A DNA stretch of 61,229 nt, the filler included. It is 7 parts of 7 records of this genome, joined end to end, with 100 filler letters (N's around TTAATTAATTAA, not from the genome) between each part and the next. Parts side by side here need not be neighbours in the genome. Positions count along the whole stretch, not along the records: positions 39,035 to 54,181 come from SRR2962707_2101; positions 54,282 to 61,229 come from SRR2962707_2103; 5 more parts are not named here. The stretch is one strand, 5' to 3'. Numbering within the stretch: the first letter of the stretch is position 1; each line of letters starts with the position of its first letter. Under the pieces are notes generated by a model. That model saw only the letters and a list, made by a program, of their open reading frames with translations. It searched no databases and was not told the origin of the DNA. Below are positions 43,648 to 54,296 of the stretch, piece after piece. The translations under genes and the position numbers were made by a program.

Positions 43648-44325
43648 ATGAGTGCAGTGAATTCCGCAGCCGCCTCAGACGTGCTGAGCCAGTACCAACT
43701 GAACCAGGAGGGCAAGACCCCTGGTGGCAACGAGCTGGGTAAAGACGCGTTTATGGAGCTGATGCTGGCGCAGCTCAAGAATCAGAACCCACTGGAGCCG
43801 CAGGACAACGGCGATTTTATCGCCCAGTTGGCCCAGTTCAGTTCACTGGAAGAAATGCAGAATCTGTCGGGCAGTGTCGACGATGTGGTTGGTCAGTTCC
43901 GGTCCAGCCAGGCCTTGCAGGCCTCGGCGATGGTAGGCAAAACCGTTCTGGCACCCTCCAGTGTGGGCATTCTGGGTAGCGAAGGCGAGATAACTGGCAC
44001 CATTCAGGTGCCGGCTTCCACGGGTGGGCTGCGACTGTCGGTCATGAATCAAAGCGGTGAGTTAGTTCGCCAGATTGATATGGGCAGCAGCCAGGCTGGT
44101 GTGGTTTCGTTCCAGTGGGATGGGCAAGACGGCAACGGCAATCCTTTGCCGCCCGGCCCCTACTCGATTGTGGCGCAGGGCTCCTATCCCTCCGGATCGG
44201 AGCAGTTGGCGACCATGGTGAGCGCCAATGTCGACAGTGTGTCTTTGGGGCAGGGTGGTTCCATTACTCTGAATCTGGCCGGAATGGGCTCCATTCCGCT
44301 GTCTGAAGTCAAACAAATCAACTGA
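43648..44325 (+). CDS. flgD: Flagellar hook capping protein FlgD
   Basis: FMELMLAQLKNQNPLEP, FIAQLAQFS and WDG motifs. Confidence 0.96.
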   Translation: MSAVNSAAASDVLSQYQLNQEGKTPGGNELGKDAFMELMLAQLKNQNPLEPQDNGDFIAQLAQFSSLEEMQNLSGSVDDVVGQFRSSQALQASAMVGKTVLAPSSVGILGSEGEITGTIQVPASTGGLRLSVMNQSGELVRQIDMGSSQAGVVSFQWDGQDGNGNPLPPGPYSIVAQGSYPSGSEQLATMVSANVDSVSLGQGGSITLNLAGMGSIPLSEVKQIN

Positions 44326-44353
44326 TCCGGTGTCAGACCAGGAGGTATAAGTC

Positions 44354-46267
44354 ATGGCATTTAACACAGGTTTGAGTGGTCTGCGCGCCGCTTCGGTGGA
44401 TCTGGATGTCACCGGTAACAACATCGCCAACGCCAGTACCGTCGGCTTCAAAAGCAGCAAGGTACAGTTCGGTGATTTGTACGCCAGTGGTTTCCTGAGT
44501 GCCGGTACCAATCCGATTGGCGACGGCGTGCGGGTGCAGGACGTAAAGCAGTCATTCGGTCAGGGCAATATCAGCTTCACCGATAACGGCCTGGATATGG
44601 CTATCAGTGGTGATGGCTTCTTTATTCTGAACAATGGCGGTGAAATCCGTTACTCCCGGGCTGGCCAGTTCGGGATTGATAAAGAAGGCTATGTTGTTAA
44701 TAACCAGAATATGAGGGTGCAGGGTTATACCGCTGATGATGATGGCAACCTGTCTGGCATCCGTGGTGACCTTCAGATTGAAACCGACAACCTGGCGCCC
44801 CGTCGCACAACGAATCTCCAGACCGATCTGAATCTGGATTCCCGAGAGACTGTGCTTGAGCGTCGCATCCGGGATTTTGATCCGATCGCGCTTGCAGATC
44901 TTCAAGGTTCCGGCTTTACCTTCGGCTACTCCGACGGCACCAGTGATTACACGGTACCGCAGATTGATGCCACGGCTTCTGCCAGTGATGCTGCCATTGC
45001 CATTAATGCTGCGCCGGGAGTAACGGCCACTGCCAGAACCGCAGCTTCCCTGACCGGTTTGACCGATAGCGATGTGAGCAGCGCCACCAATTTCCGGCTT
45101 GAAATCCGGATAGACGGATCTGCACCGATCCCGCTGAATCTGGAAAATGTATCCTCCCTGGAAGATGTGGCGGAAGCCATTAACGACACCAGCGACAATG
45201 CGATCTCGGCCTCGGTTGTCGATGATGACGAAGACCCCTCAACCCCCGATGTTTTGCGAATCATCCACAGTGGTGGGCAGCCGCTGGAGGTAGCCTACGG
45301 CGATGCTCCCACGGGTACTCCGCTCACCAACAACCAGCAATATGACGGTGAGGTGTTCGTTACCACCGATCGCAATGTTGAGCAGGTGACCACTGATTCA
45401 GGTAGCAACGCGTTTGAAGTCGCCTTCAATGCGACACCGTTTACCGTAACCAACGAATTCAATCCCATCGACCAGCGTACATACAACCACGCAACGTCGA
45501 CCACCATATTTGACAGCCTGGGTAATTCCCACGAATTGACACAGTTCTATGTAAAAGAGCCATCTCCGGGTAACGGGGTGGGTCAGAGCCAGTGGTCTAT
45601 CTACCTCCAGATTGACGGTGAACTGGTGGGTGGTACCGACCAGACGCCATACACTGCCTTGTTTGATCAGGATGGCCAGCTGGAATCCATCAACGGTGAT
45701 CCGAACGGTGAGTTGATTATTACCGACTGGGTGCCTAAGGATCCAAGCGGTGATCCGAACGGTGCTGACGGCCCGCCGGCAAATCCCGGTGATGTGGTCA
45801 GCCCGATTCCTGAGCCGGCCACCAGTTCTGCGTTCGTTGTCAATCTGGCCAATACCACCCAGTATGGCGCGGCATTTGGTGTTAACGATCAGCAGCAGAA
45901 CGGCTACACCACCGGCCGTCTTTCAGGCCTCGATGTGTCCGACCAGGGCGTGATCTTCGCCCGGTATACCAATGGTCAGTCCAAGTCTCTGGGTCAGGTG
46001 GCGCTGGCTGCGTTCAATAACACTGACGGTCTTTCTCCGGTGGGTGACACCACATGGGTGGAAACCTTTGAATCCGGCCAGCCGGTGATTGGTGCTCCGG
46101 ATACCGGCACGCTTGGTTCCATCAAGGCCAGCTCCGTAGAGGACTCCAATGTGGATCTTTCGGCAGAGCTGGTGAACCTGATCATTGCCCAGCGCAACTA
46201 CCAGGCCAACGCCAAAACCATTGAAACCTCCGATGCGGTCACCCAGACCATCATCAACCTCCGATAA
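44354..46267 (+). CDS. flgE: Flagellar hook protein FlgE (long, 637 aa)
   Basis: GNNIANASTVGFK, YSRAGQF and SNVDLSAELVNLIIAQRNYQANAK motifs. Confidence 0.96.
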   Translation: MAFNTGLSGLRAASVDLDVTGNNIANASTVGFKSSKVQFGDLYASGFLSAGTNPIGDGVRVQDVKQSFGQGNISFTDNGLDMAISGDGFFILNNGGEIRYSRAGQFGIDKEGYVVNNQNMRVQGYTADDDGNLSGIRGDLQIETDNLAPRRTTNLQTDLNLDSRETVLERRIRDFDPIALADLQGSGFTFGYSDGTSDYTVPQIDATASASDAAIAINAAPGVTATARTAASLTGLTDSDVSSATNFRLEIRIDGSAPIPLNLENVSSLEDVAEAINDTSDNAISASVVDDDEDPSTPDVLRIIHSGGQPLEVAYGDAPTGTPLTNNQQYDGEVFVTTDRNVEQVTTDSGSNAFEVAFNATPFTVTNEFNPIDQRTYNHATSTTIFDSLGNSHELTQFYVKEPSPGNGVGQSQWSIYLQIDGELVGGTDQTPYTALFDQDGQLESINGDPNGELIITDWVPKDPSGDPNGADGPPANPGDVVSPIPEPATSSAFVVNLANTTQYGAAFGVNDQQQNGYTTGRLSGLDVSDQGVIFARYTNGQSKSLGQVALAAFNNTDGLSPVGDTTWVETFESGQPVIGAPDTGTLGSIKASSVEDSNVDLSAELVNLIIAQRNYQANAKTIETSDAVTQTIINLR

Positions 46268-46343
46268 TTTCGCGCCCTAGCGAACATGGCATGACTCCTG
46301 CAGGAAGACTGGAAACAGTCAAAATTCCGGCAGGAGTTTGCCC

Positions 46344-47096
46344 ATGGACAAAGCCCTCTATATTGGAATGTCTGGCGCCAAGCAGAACATGCTGGCCCAG
46401 CGTGCCCATGCCAACAACCTGGCTAACGTCAATACCACCGGGTTCAAGAAGGATTTTGCCCAGGCCCGCAGTATGCCCGTGTTCGGTGAGCACCATCCCA
46501 CCCGCGCCTACGCCATGACCGAGCGGCCCGGCACTGATCTCTCGCCCGGCGCTTTAATGGAGACCGGACGTAAGCTGGATGTGGCGGTAGACGGCGGTGG
46601 CTGGCTCGCCGTTCAAAACAATCTGGGCGAAGAGGTATTCACCCGTACCGGTAGCTTACAGGTCGACGTGAACGGGCTTGTGCGGCTGGCGAGTGGTGAG
46701 CTGGTTCTGGGTAACGGTGGGCCGGTGGCTCTTCCTCCTTTTGACAATCTTCAGGTTGGCTCGGACGGCACCATCTCCATTGTGCCGATAGGTGGGCCGC
46801 CGGATCAGTTGGTGGAAGTTGACCGACTGAAGCTTGTCAACCCACCGGCAGATGCTCTTGAGAAAGGTCTGGATGGGTTCATTCGACGCAAGCCGGATCA
46901 GGCTCTGGATGGTCCAGAGCCACCGGATGCAGCCATGCGTGTCGCCACTGGTTTTCTCGAAAGTTCAAACGTGAATGCGGTGGAGGAAATGATCTCCAAC
47001 CTGCAGTTGTCTCGCCAATACGAGATGCAGGTAAAGGTGATGTCGACCGCCAATGAAAATTCCGAGGCTACGGCACGACTGTTGCAGAACCTCTGA
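46344..47096 (+). CDS. flgF: Flagellar basal-body rod protein FlgF
   Basis: MDKALYIGMSGA, ANNLANVNTTGFK and LESSNVNAVEEM motifs. Confidence 0.95.
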   Translation: MDKALYIGMSGAKQNMLAQRAHANNLANVNTTGFKKDFAQARSMPVFGEHHPTRAYAMTERPGTDLSPGALMETGRKLDVAVDGGGWLAVQNNLGEEVFTRTGSLQVDVNGLVRLASGELVLGNGGPVALPPFDNLQVGSDGTISIVPIGGPPDQLVEVDRLKLVNPPADALEKGLDGFIRRKPDQALDGPEPPDAAMRVATGFLESSNVNAVEEMISNLQLSRQYEMQVKVMSTANENSEATARLLQNL

Positions 47097-47177
47097 TAAC
47101 GATGATCAAACGCCATCGGTTGGCGGAGAGCGGCAAAAGATCGCCGCATCGGCCACCGGCAGGCAAGGAGCAAAACA

Positions 47178-47966
47178 ATGCATCCAGCACTTTGGGTCAG
47201 TAAAACCGGGTTGAGCGCGCAGGACACCAACATGTCCACCATTTCCAACAACCTGGCCAATGTGAATACCACCGGCTTCAAGCGGGATAGGGCGGTGTTC
47301 CAGGATCTGCTGTATCAGATAAACCGTCAGCCCGGCGGGCAGAGCACTGAGAACACGCAGTTGCCCTCTGGCCTGCAGCTGGGGACCGGGGTCCGGATTG
47401 TTGGCACTGCCAAGCAATTCAGCCAGGGCAACCTGCAGATAACTGAACAGCCTCTGGATATGGCGGTGAATGGTCGGGGATTCTTTCAGATTCAGATGCC
47501 GGACGGACAGATCGCCTATACCCGGGATGGCCAGTTTCAACTGAACTCTGATGGCGATGTGGTCACACCGGATGGTTTTCCGCTTCAGCCGAATATCAAT
47601 GTGCCGGAGAACGCCACCAATATCACCATTGGCAAAGATGGGACGGTCACCGCTATTACCGATGACCAGGCTGCGCCCGTCAATCTCGGGCAGATCACCC
47701 TGGTGGACTTCATCAACCCGCAGGGCTTGCAGGCCATCGGGAACAATCTGTTCAAGCAGACCAATGCCAGTGGTGATCCGGCTGAAGGTGAAGCCGGACT
47801 TGCAGGTCTCGGGTCCATTGAACAGGGCACCATTGAATCCTCCAACGTAGAGGTGGTGGAAGAACTGGTGAACATGATTACGACCCAGCGTGCATATGAA
47901 ATGAACTCCAAGGTGGTTTCGACCACAGACCAGATGCTTCAGTTCATCACCAACAATATCGGTTAA
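47178..47966 (+). CDS. flgG: Flagellar distal rod protein FlgG
   Basis: FQDLLYQ, PSGLQLGTGV and QRAYEMNSK motifs. Confidence 0.97.
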   Translation: MHPALWVSKTGLSAQDTNMSTISNNLANVNTTGFKRDRAVFQDLLYQINRQPGGQSTENTQLPSGLQLGTGVRIVGTAKQFSQGNLQITEQPLDMAVNGRGFFQIQMPDGQIAYTRDGQFQLNSDGDVVTPDGFPLQPNINVPENATNITIGKDGTVTAITDDQAAPVNLGQITLVDFINPQGLQAIGNNLFKQTNASGDPAEGEAGLAGLGSIEQGTIESSNVEVVEELVNMITTQRAYEMNSKVVSTTDQMLQFITNNIG

Positions 47967-47969
47967 GCC

Positions 47970-48671
47970 ATGAAACGCATTCAACGCAGTTTACACACTG
48001 AACGGCTGGCCACCCTGGCACTGGTGGGTGTGCTGATTGTGCTGCAGGGATGCACCGCCATGTCTCGCCCCCGGGCTATGCCGGACGATCCGGCCTACGC
48101 TCCGGTTCGTGCTCAATCAATGATGCAGCGCGACCCGGATTCCGGGGCAATTTACCAGGTGTCCAGGAATTACAATCTGTACGGCGATACCAAGGCACTA
48201 AACGTGGGTGACGTGCTCACGGTATTGCTGCAGGAATCCACCAGCGCCAGCAAGAACGCTGAAACCTCCATTACCAAGGATCAGGAACTGAGCATTCCTG
48301 AACCGAGCATCTTTGGAAAGACAAATATCGGCCTGAACGCTTCTGCCAATTTTGAGCGGGACTTTGAAGGCTCCGCCGAAGCAGACCAGAGCAACAGCCT
48401 GGCTGGCAGTATTACCGTAACAGTCACCGAGGTTCTGCCTAATGGTGTGCTTCGTGTCCGCGGCGAGAAGTGGTTGTCTCTCACCAATGGGGATGAATAC
48501 ATCCGGTTGACCGGTCTGGTTCGGCCACAGGATATCCAGCCGGATAATACCGTTGCCTCCAATCGTGTTGCAGATGCCCGGTTTGCCTACGGCGGTACCG
48601 GTGATTTTGACCAGGCCAACCAGATGGGCTGGCTGGCTCGCTTCTTTAACAGTGAGTGGTGGCCGCTATGA
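47970..48671 (+). CDS. flgH: Flagellar L-ring lipoprotein FlgH
   Basis: Lipobox [12 protein letters not shown] and GWLARFF motifs. Confidence 0.96.
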   Translation: MKRIQRSLHTERLATLALVGVLIVLQGCTAMSRPRAMPDDPAYAPVRAQSMMQRDPDSGAIYQVSRNYNLYGDTKALNVGDVLTVLLQESTSASKNAETSITKDQELSIPEPSIFGKTNIGLNASANFERDFEGSAEADQSNSLAGSITVTVTEVLPNGVLRVRGEKWLSLTNGDEYIRLTGLVRPQDIQPDNTVASNRVADARFAYGGTGDFDQANQMGWLARFFNSEWWPL

Positions 48672-49762
48672 TCCGCAAACTGATTGCTGTTTTTGCCCTT
48701 ACGGCCCTGTGTGTGGCGCCGGTGATGGCTGACCGCCTGAAAGACCTGGCCAAGGTGAAAGGTGTGCGCAATAACCAGTTGATTGGTTATGGCCTGGTGG
48801 TCGGTCTTGACGGTACCGGCGACAAAGCGCCGTTTACCAACCAGACTTTCCGCAACATGATGAACCAGTTCGGAATAACCTTGCCGGATGGCGTGAACCC
48901 GAATCTGGCCAATGTGGCGGCCGTAACCGTAAGCGCGACTTTGCCAGCCTTTGCCAAAGCCGGGCAGGAGCTGGACATCACGGTTTCATCCATCGGAAAT
49001 GCCGATAGCCTGCGTGGTGGAACCTTGTTGATGACACCGTTGAAAGGCGCAGACGGTCAGGTATATGCCATGGCACAAGGCAGCCTGGTGGTGGGCGGTT
49101 TTGGCGCCCAGGGCCAGGATGGTTCCCGGATTACCGTGAACGTACCCAGCGTCGGCAGAATTCCCAACGGCGCTACCATTGAGCGAGAGGTGGAATCGCC
49201 GTTCAACCGGGGCGATACCATCACCTTCAATCTGCTGCGTTCCGACTTTACCACGGCCCGCCGTGTGGTTGAGGCGATCAATGGTCGTCTGGGCCCGGAC
49301 ATGGCTTATGCACACGATGCCACTTCTATATCGGTGCGGGCACCCAGGGACCCATCACAGAGAGTCAGTTTTCTGTCCATTCTGGAGAACATTGAGGTCG
49401 ATCCGGCTCAGGAAGCCGCAAGAGTGGTGATCAATAGCCGCACCGGTACCATCGTGGTCGGCCAGAATGTAAAAGTAAGCCCGGCTGCCATTACCCATGG
49501 CAACCTGACCGTGACTATTCAGGAAAACCCCGAGGTGGTGCAGCCCAATCCTCTGGCTCAGGGTGATACAGCCGTTCAGCAGAATACCCAGATCGCTGTG
49601 ACGGAAGACCCGGCACGGATGTTCCAGTTCGGCCCGGCAACCACGCTTAACGAAATTGTTCAGGCTGTAAACCAGGTAGGGGCGGCGCCAGGCGATGTGA
49701 TGGCGGTGCTTGAAGCACTCAAACAGGCTGGCGCGCTTCGTGCCGAATTGATTGTGATCTAG
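48668..49762 (+). CDS. flgI: Flagellar P-ring protein FlgI
   Basis: [21 protein letters not shown] and SLRGGTL motifs. Confidence 0.97.
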   Translation: MIRKLIAVFALTALCVAPVMADRLKDLAKVKGVRNNQLIGYGLVVGLDGTGDKAPFTNQTFRNMMNQFGITLPDGVNPNLANVAAVTVSATLPAFAKAGQELDITVSSIGNADSLRGGTLLMTPLKGADGQVYAMAQGSLVVGGFGAQGQDGSRITVNVPSVGRIPNGATIEREVESPFNRGDTITFNLLRSDFTTARRVVEAINGRLGPDMAYAHDATSISVRAPRDPSQRVSFLSILENIEVDPAQEAARVVINSRTGTIVVGQNVKVSPAAITHGNLTVTIQENPEVVQPNPLAQGDTAVQQNTQIAVTEDPARMFQFGPATTLNEIVQAVNQVGAAPGDVMAVLEALKQAGALRAELIVI

Positions 49763-49770
49763 GTATCGCC

Positions 49771-50757
49771 ATGCAGGATCCAAGACTACAGCAAGCCCAG
49801 GTCTACACCGATTTCAGTGGTCTGAATGCCCTGAAGACCCAGGCTCGAACTGACAAACAGGCTGCACTGGAGCAGGTTGCGAAGCAGTTCGAGAGCCTGT
49901 TCCTGTCAGAGATGCTCAAATCCATGCGCAAGGCAGGCGAGGTATTTGCCGAGGGAAACTACCTGAACAGCAATGAAAGCCAGATGTACCGGGATATGTT
50001 CGACAGCCAGATCAGCTTAAGTATGGCCGGTGGTACCGGTACCGGGCTGGCGGAAGCGCTGGTCCGGCAACTGAGTGAACAGATTCCGGGGCTCGGTGAG
50101 GATGGAGAGAAACTGGCGGGTCACAAGGGTGCCATTACCGATTACGACCGCAGTATGCCGGCGATTTCCAGAGAGTTGCCGGAGCGAATGGCAGAGGTGG
50201 CGGATGTAGCTGCGAAGGTAAAAGCAGAGCCAGCGCAGAAACCCGGCAAGCTGCCGGAGGTATTTGAGTCGCCAGAGCATTTTGTTGAGCAGCTGATGCC
50301 GTTCGCAGAGCAGATCGGAAAGGAGACCGGCATTGATCCGCGCCTGATGATTGCCCAGGCGGCGCTCGAAACCGGTTGGGGCAAACACATGATCAAAGGT
50401 GATGGTTCGCAGCCGAGTTTCAACCTGTTTGGCATCAAGGCAGACAGTCGTTGGAGCGGTGACGCTGTGAGCATTACCACTACCGAATTCCGGGGTGGCG
50501 TGGCGATGAAGGAACGGGCAGATTTCCGGGCCTATCCGGACTATGAAGCCAGCTTCCGGGACTACGTTGACTTCCTGCAAAACAATCCCCGTTACCGCGA
50601 TGTTCTGTCATCGGCAGATCAGCCAGAAGTATTTGCCGAGAAACTGCAGGAAGCGGGTTATGCAACCGATCCGGAATACGGAGCCAAGATCCGTCGGATC
50701 ATGAATCGTGATTCTCTGATGACACTGTCTATGAGCAGTGACAGAGTAAAGGAGTAA
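49771..50757 (+). CDS. flgJ: Flagellar rod assembly protein/muramidase FlgJ
   Basis: QFESLF..MLKSMR rod-binding domain; AQAALETGWG, NLFGIKA and GYATDP glucosaminidase motifs. Confidence 0.96.
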   Translation: MQDPRLQQAQVYTDFSGLNALKTQARTDKQAALEQVAKQFESLFLSEMLKSMRKAGEVFAEGNYLNSNESQMYRDMFDSQISLSMAGGTGTGLAEALVRQLSEQIPGLGEDGEKLAGHKGAITDYDRSMPAISRELPERMAEVADVAAKVKAEPAQKPGKLPEVFESPEHFVEQLMPFAEQIGKETGIDPRLMIAQAALETGWGKHMIKGDGSQPSFNLFGIKADSRWSGDAVSITTTEFRGGVAMKERADFRAYPDYEASFRDYVDFLQNNPRYRDVLSSADQPEVFAEKLQEAGYATDPEYGAKIRRIMNRDSLMTLSMSSDRVKE

Positions 50758-50763
50758 CAGATC

Positions 50764-52830
50764 ATGGCGGGCTTGATCGGTATTGGTCTGAGTGGGGTAT
50801 TGGGGCACCAGGCGGCGCTCAATACCACTGCAAATAACATAACCAACGCAAACACGCCAGGTTACAGTCGCCAGGAGGTCCAGTTCGAGACCCAGGAAGG
50901 GCGGCGTACAGGTGCAGGGACCATCGGCAGTGGCGTATCCGTCGCCAATATCCGCCGGCTGGCAGATGCCTATCTGAGTCAGCAGTTACGTGAGGACACC
51001 ACACTGTTTGGCGAGCAGAATGCTTTCAACGCGGAACTCACACGGCTGGATAACCTGTTAGGCGGCGAAGACACCGGTCTGAACAAAGCTCTGAACAACT
51101 TTTTCTCGGCTATGCAGAATGCCGCGGAAGACCCCACGTCGTTGCCACAACGCCAGTTGGTGCTGAGCGAAGCCCAGCAATTGGTGAATCGCTTTCAGGG
51201 CTTGAACCAGGAGTTCATCCAGCAGCGCGAATCGGTAAAAACCCAGATGCAGCAGGGCGTGAAAGATGCCAATACTCTGCTGAAGAGTATCGCTGAACTG
51301 AACCTGGCTATTTCTGAATCTCCGGGCCTGGCCCAGGGCAAGGAGCCCCTGGAGCTGATGGATAAGCGGGACGAGAAGTTGCGCCAGTTGTCTGAGCTGG
51401 TGAGCATTCGGGTAACGGAAGTTGAAGGCAGCCAGGTGAATGTGTCCCTGTCTAACGGTCTGGCTTTGGTTACCGGCGCCAATGCCGCAGAATTTGCGAC
51501 CCGAAGCAGTGCGGAAGATCCCACGCGGCTGGAATTTACGCTCTCCAGTGGTGGGCGGACCCTGCTGGTGGATGAACAGATTCAGGGCGGAAAACTGGGT
51601 GGCTTGCGTGCCTTTGATGAAATGGCACTGAAGCCCGCCTTCGATGAGCTCGGCCGGCTGGCGATTGCCATCTCCTCGGCCATAAACCATCAGCATGAGA
51701 TCGGGATGGACCTCGAAGGCGATCTCGGCGGTAACTTCTTCAGTGATGTGAACAGCCTCGCCGTACAACGCAGTCGGGTGGTGCCGAACGGCAATAACGA
51801 CCGCACCACCACCGGCCAACTGGCCGTTGAGATTACCGACAGTTCCCAGTTGCCGGCTGGTACCTGGGAGCTGCAGTTCAGTGGTGATGGGCGCAGCTAC
51901 GAGTTGATCGATACCATCTCGGGCGACACGGTGAAACAGGGCCGGCTTCCAGACCCGGTGCAGTCTGAAATCAACATGCCGGGCTTTAACATTCGTGTTG
52001 AAGGTGGCGAATTCAACGCAGGTGACAAGTACCTGATTCAGCCTGGTCGCAATGCTGCCGAAAACATGCAATTGAACATTCGGCGGGAGGAGGATCTTGC
52101 TTTTGCCAGCCCCGTTCGTGCGAGTTCCGATGATGGCAATCTGGGCACCGGCACGATCAACCAGGGCAACATGCTTAATGTCCGTAATCCCAATACCGGT
52201 GCTTTGCTGGATGACTTCCAGAATTCCGGTCAGTTTGCAGATGGTCCGATTACCGTAACCTTCAGTAATGATGGTGCGGGCAATATTACCTATGAAGTTG
52301 CCAACGATAGCGGCGTACTGTTTACCAGTGCCGCGGTGGACAACGATGGGGATGGAACACCGGATGTCTATGATCCCCAGAAGATCAATCAGATTTTCAG
52401 TACTCGTCCGGAAGACGAATCCAATGGTCAGTATCGGGGTTTCGTTTTCGAGATAACAGGTGAGCCCGCAGACGGTGATGTATTCACCATCGACTTCAAC
52501 CGCAACGGCGTTTCTGATAACCGAAACGCCGAGCTGATGGCGGCCCTTGGTACCAAGAATACCCTTAATGGTGGTTCCCAGAACTTTACCGAGGGCTATG
52601 CCGGCCTGGTCGAGGATATCGGGGTGAAAACCCGCCAGAGCCAGTTGGACAAAGATGCCGGCGCAACGCTGTTGGAGCAGTCCACCAATCAGCGAGAATC
52701 GGTCTCGGGCGTCAATCTGGACGAAGAGGCTGGCAAGCTGATTCAGTACCAGGCTGCGTACAACGCATCGGCCCAGGTTATGTCTGTGGCGCAGGATCTT
52801 TTTAACACGTTGCTGCAGAGCTTCCGTTAA
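50764..52830 (+). CDS. flgK: Flagellar hook-associated protein FlgK
   Basis: NANTPGYSRQ and SGVNLDEEA..LIQYQAAYNASA motifs. Confidence 0.96.
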   Translation: MAGLIGIGLSGVLGHQAALNTTANNITNANTPGYSRQEVQFETQEGRRTGAGTIGSGVSVANIRRLADAYLSQQLREDTTLFGEQNAFNAELTRLDNLLGGEDTGLNKALNNFFSAMQNAAEDPTSLPQRQLVLSEAQQLVNRFQGLNQEFIQQRESVKTQMQQGVKDANTLLKSIAELNLAISESPGLAQGKEPLELMDKRDEKLRQLSELVSIRVTEVEGSQVNVSLSNGLALVTGANAAEFATRSSAEDPTRLEFTLSSGGRTLLVDEQIQGGKLGGLRAFDEMALKPAFDELGRLAIAISSAINHQHEIGMDLEGDLGGNFFSDVNSLAVQRSRVVPNGNNDRTTTGQLAVEITDSSQLPAGTWELQFSGDGRSYELIDTISGDTVKQGRLPDPVQSEINMPGFNIRVEGGEFNAGDKYLIQPGRNAAENMQLNIRREEDLAFASPVRASSDDGNLGTGTINQGNMLNVRNPNTGALLDDFQNSGQFADGPITVTFSNDGAGNITYEVANDSGVLFTSAAVDNDGDGTPDVYDPQKINQIFSTRPEDESNGQYRGFVFEITGEPADGDVFTIDFNRNGVSDNRNAELMAALGTKNTLNGGSQNFTEGYAGLVEDIGVKTRQSQLDKDAGATLLEQSTNQRESVSGVNLDEEAGKLIQYQAAYNASAQVMSVAQDLFNTLLQSFR

Positions 52831-52846
52831 GGCGAGGTGATGTCAC

Positions 52847-54079
52847 ATGATCAGAATATCATCACAACAGATTTTCTCCGGCGGCATTAATCGTCTGCAG
52901 GACATCAACAGCAACCTGATTGATACGCAGCAGCAGCTATCGACCGGTAAGAAAGTGAACAAACCGTCGGATGATCCGGTGGCGGCCGCTCGCATTCTGA
53001 AGCTTGACCAGGAGCTTCAGCGTTCGGAAACCTATGGTCGGAATGCCAATCTTGCCGATAACCGGCTGAAGCAGGAAGAAAGCACCCTGGCCAGCGCCGT
53101 GGACATTATCCAGAGGGTGAGGGAGCTGACAGTTCAGGCCGGTAATGGTTCTCTGTCTGCCAATGATCGGCAGTCCATCTCTGCCGAACTCAAGGAGCGT
53201 CTGGGTCAGCTCGCCAATATTGCCAATACCCGGGATGCGTCAGGAGAGTATATCTTCAGTGGCTTCCAGGGCAGCACTCCCGCCTTTGCCCAGAATGACG
53301 ATGGCAAATGGGTTTACCAGGGGGACGAAGGGCAGCGGGTTCTGGAAATTGATGACGGTGTGACCGTTCCCATCAGCGATCACGGAAAAAGCATCTTCGT
53401 AGACGTAGCCAAAGGGGTTTTCGCTAAAGGATCAACCTCCGTGGATGGATATATATCCGATCTCGAGTTTGTTGCACCCAAAGATATGACAGACGCTTTC
53501 AGCCCCAGGGTGCCTGACGATTTTGATATCGCCGTCACCGCCAATGGAGCGGGCGACCTGGAAATATCAGCCTCCTATACACGAGGTGGAACCACCTATC
53601 CTTTGGCCGTTGAGCCAGCGGGCGCCCTGGTTGGCGACGAGTTTCAGGTTGCAGGGGTGAAGTTAACGATTAACGATGCGCAGGATGGCGATACGTTTAC
53701 GCTGGGCGTGAATGATAAACAATCTGTCTTTGGTACCATCGAGAACCTGATTGCCGGCCTGGACGGAATTTCCAAAACAACGCCCAAGAGCAGTGCCGAG
53801 TACGATGCGCTGATCGCCGAAACCCTGGTCAATCTCGATAACGCCCAGGAGTCGATCATTCTCAAGCAAACCGAGCTTGGTGGCCGGCTCAACGCTGTGG
53901 AATCCACCACCGCGTTTCTTGAGGATTCGGAACTCTACACCAAAGAGATTCGTTCCCAGCTACAGGATGTCGATTACGCCGAGGCCATCAGCAACCTCAG
54001 TTTCCAGAGCTTCGTATTGCAGGCTGCTCAGCAGTCGTTTGCACAGGTTTCCCAGCTGTCCCTGTTCGATCGACTCTAA
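52847..54079 (+). CDS. flgL: Flagellar hook-associated protein FlgL
   Basis: STGKKVNKPSDDPVAA, YIFSG, DVDYAEAI and LSLFD motifs. Confidence 0.96.
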   Translation: MIRISSQQIFSGGINRLQDINSNLIDTQQQLSTGKKVNKPSDDPVAAARILKLDQELQRSETYGRNANLADNRLKQEESTLASAVDIIQRVRELTVQAGNGSLSANDRQSISAELKERLGQLANIANTRDASGEYIFSGFQGSTPAFAQNDDGKWVYQGDEGQRVLEIDDGVTVPISDHGKSIFVDVAKGVFAKGSTSVDGYISDLEFVAPKDMTDAFSPRVPDDFDIAVTANGAGDLEISASYTRGGTTYPLAVEPAGALVGDEFQVAGVKLTINDAQDGDTFTLGVNDKQSVFGTIENLIAGLDGISKTTPKSSAEYDALIAETLVNLDNAQESIILKQTELGGRLNAVESTTAFLEDSELYTKEIRSQLQDVDYAEAISNLSFQSFVLQAAQQSFAQVSQLSLFDRL

Positions 54080-54117
54080 TTCACTGTGCCGGCGGGTGAT
54101 TTTTGCCTGCCGGCTGG

Positions 54118-54145
54118 TTGCTTTCGGGCTCTGGCTCAGTATAAT
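54118..54145 (+). promoter_or_regulatory. Candidate sigma-70 stable-RNA promoter
   Basis: TTGCTT-16 nt-TATAAT followed by a C-rich discriminator, upstream of a tRNA-like 5' end. Confidence 0.55.
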
Positions 54146-54162
54146 CCCTCCCACTCTCCGAT

Positions 54163-54181
54163 GGCGGCGTGGTGAAATTGG
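54163..54181 (+). tRNA. Probable 5' fragment of a tRNA-Leu, truncated by contig end
   Basis: GGCGGCG-TGGTGAAATTGG resembles a tRNA-Leu acceptor strand plus D-arm. Only 19 nt are visible. Confidence 0.55.
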
Positions 54182-54281
54182 NNNNNNNNNNNNNNNNNNN
54201 NNNNNNNNNNNNNNNNNNNNNNNNNTTAATTAATTAANNNNNNNNNNNNNNNNNNNNNNNNNNNNNNNNNNNNNNNNNNNN
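54182..54281. other. Artificial contig spacer
   Basis: N44-TTAATTAATTAA-N44. Confidence 0.98.
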
Positions 54282-54296
54282 TGCCGGTTACCTCGA

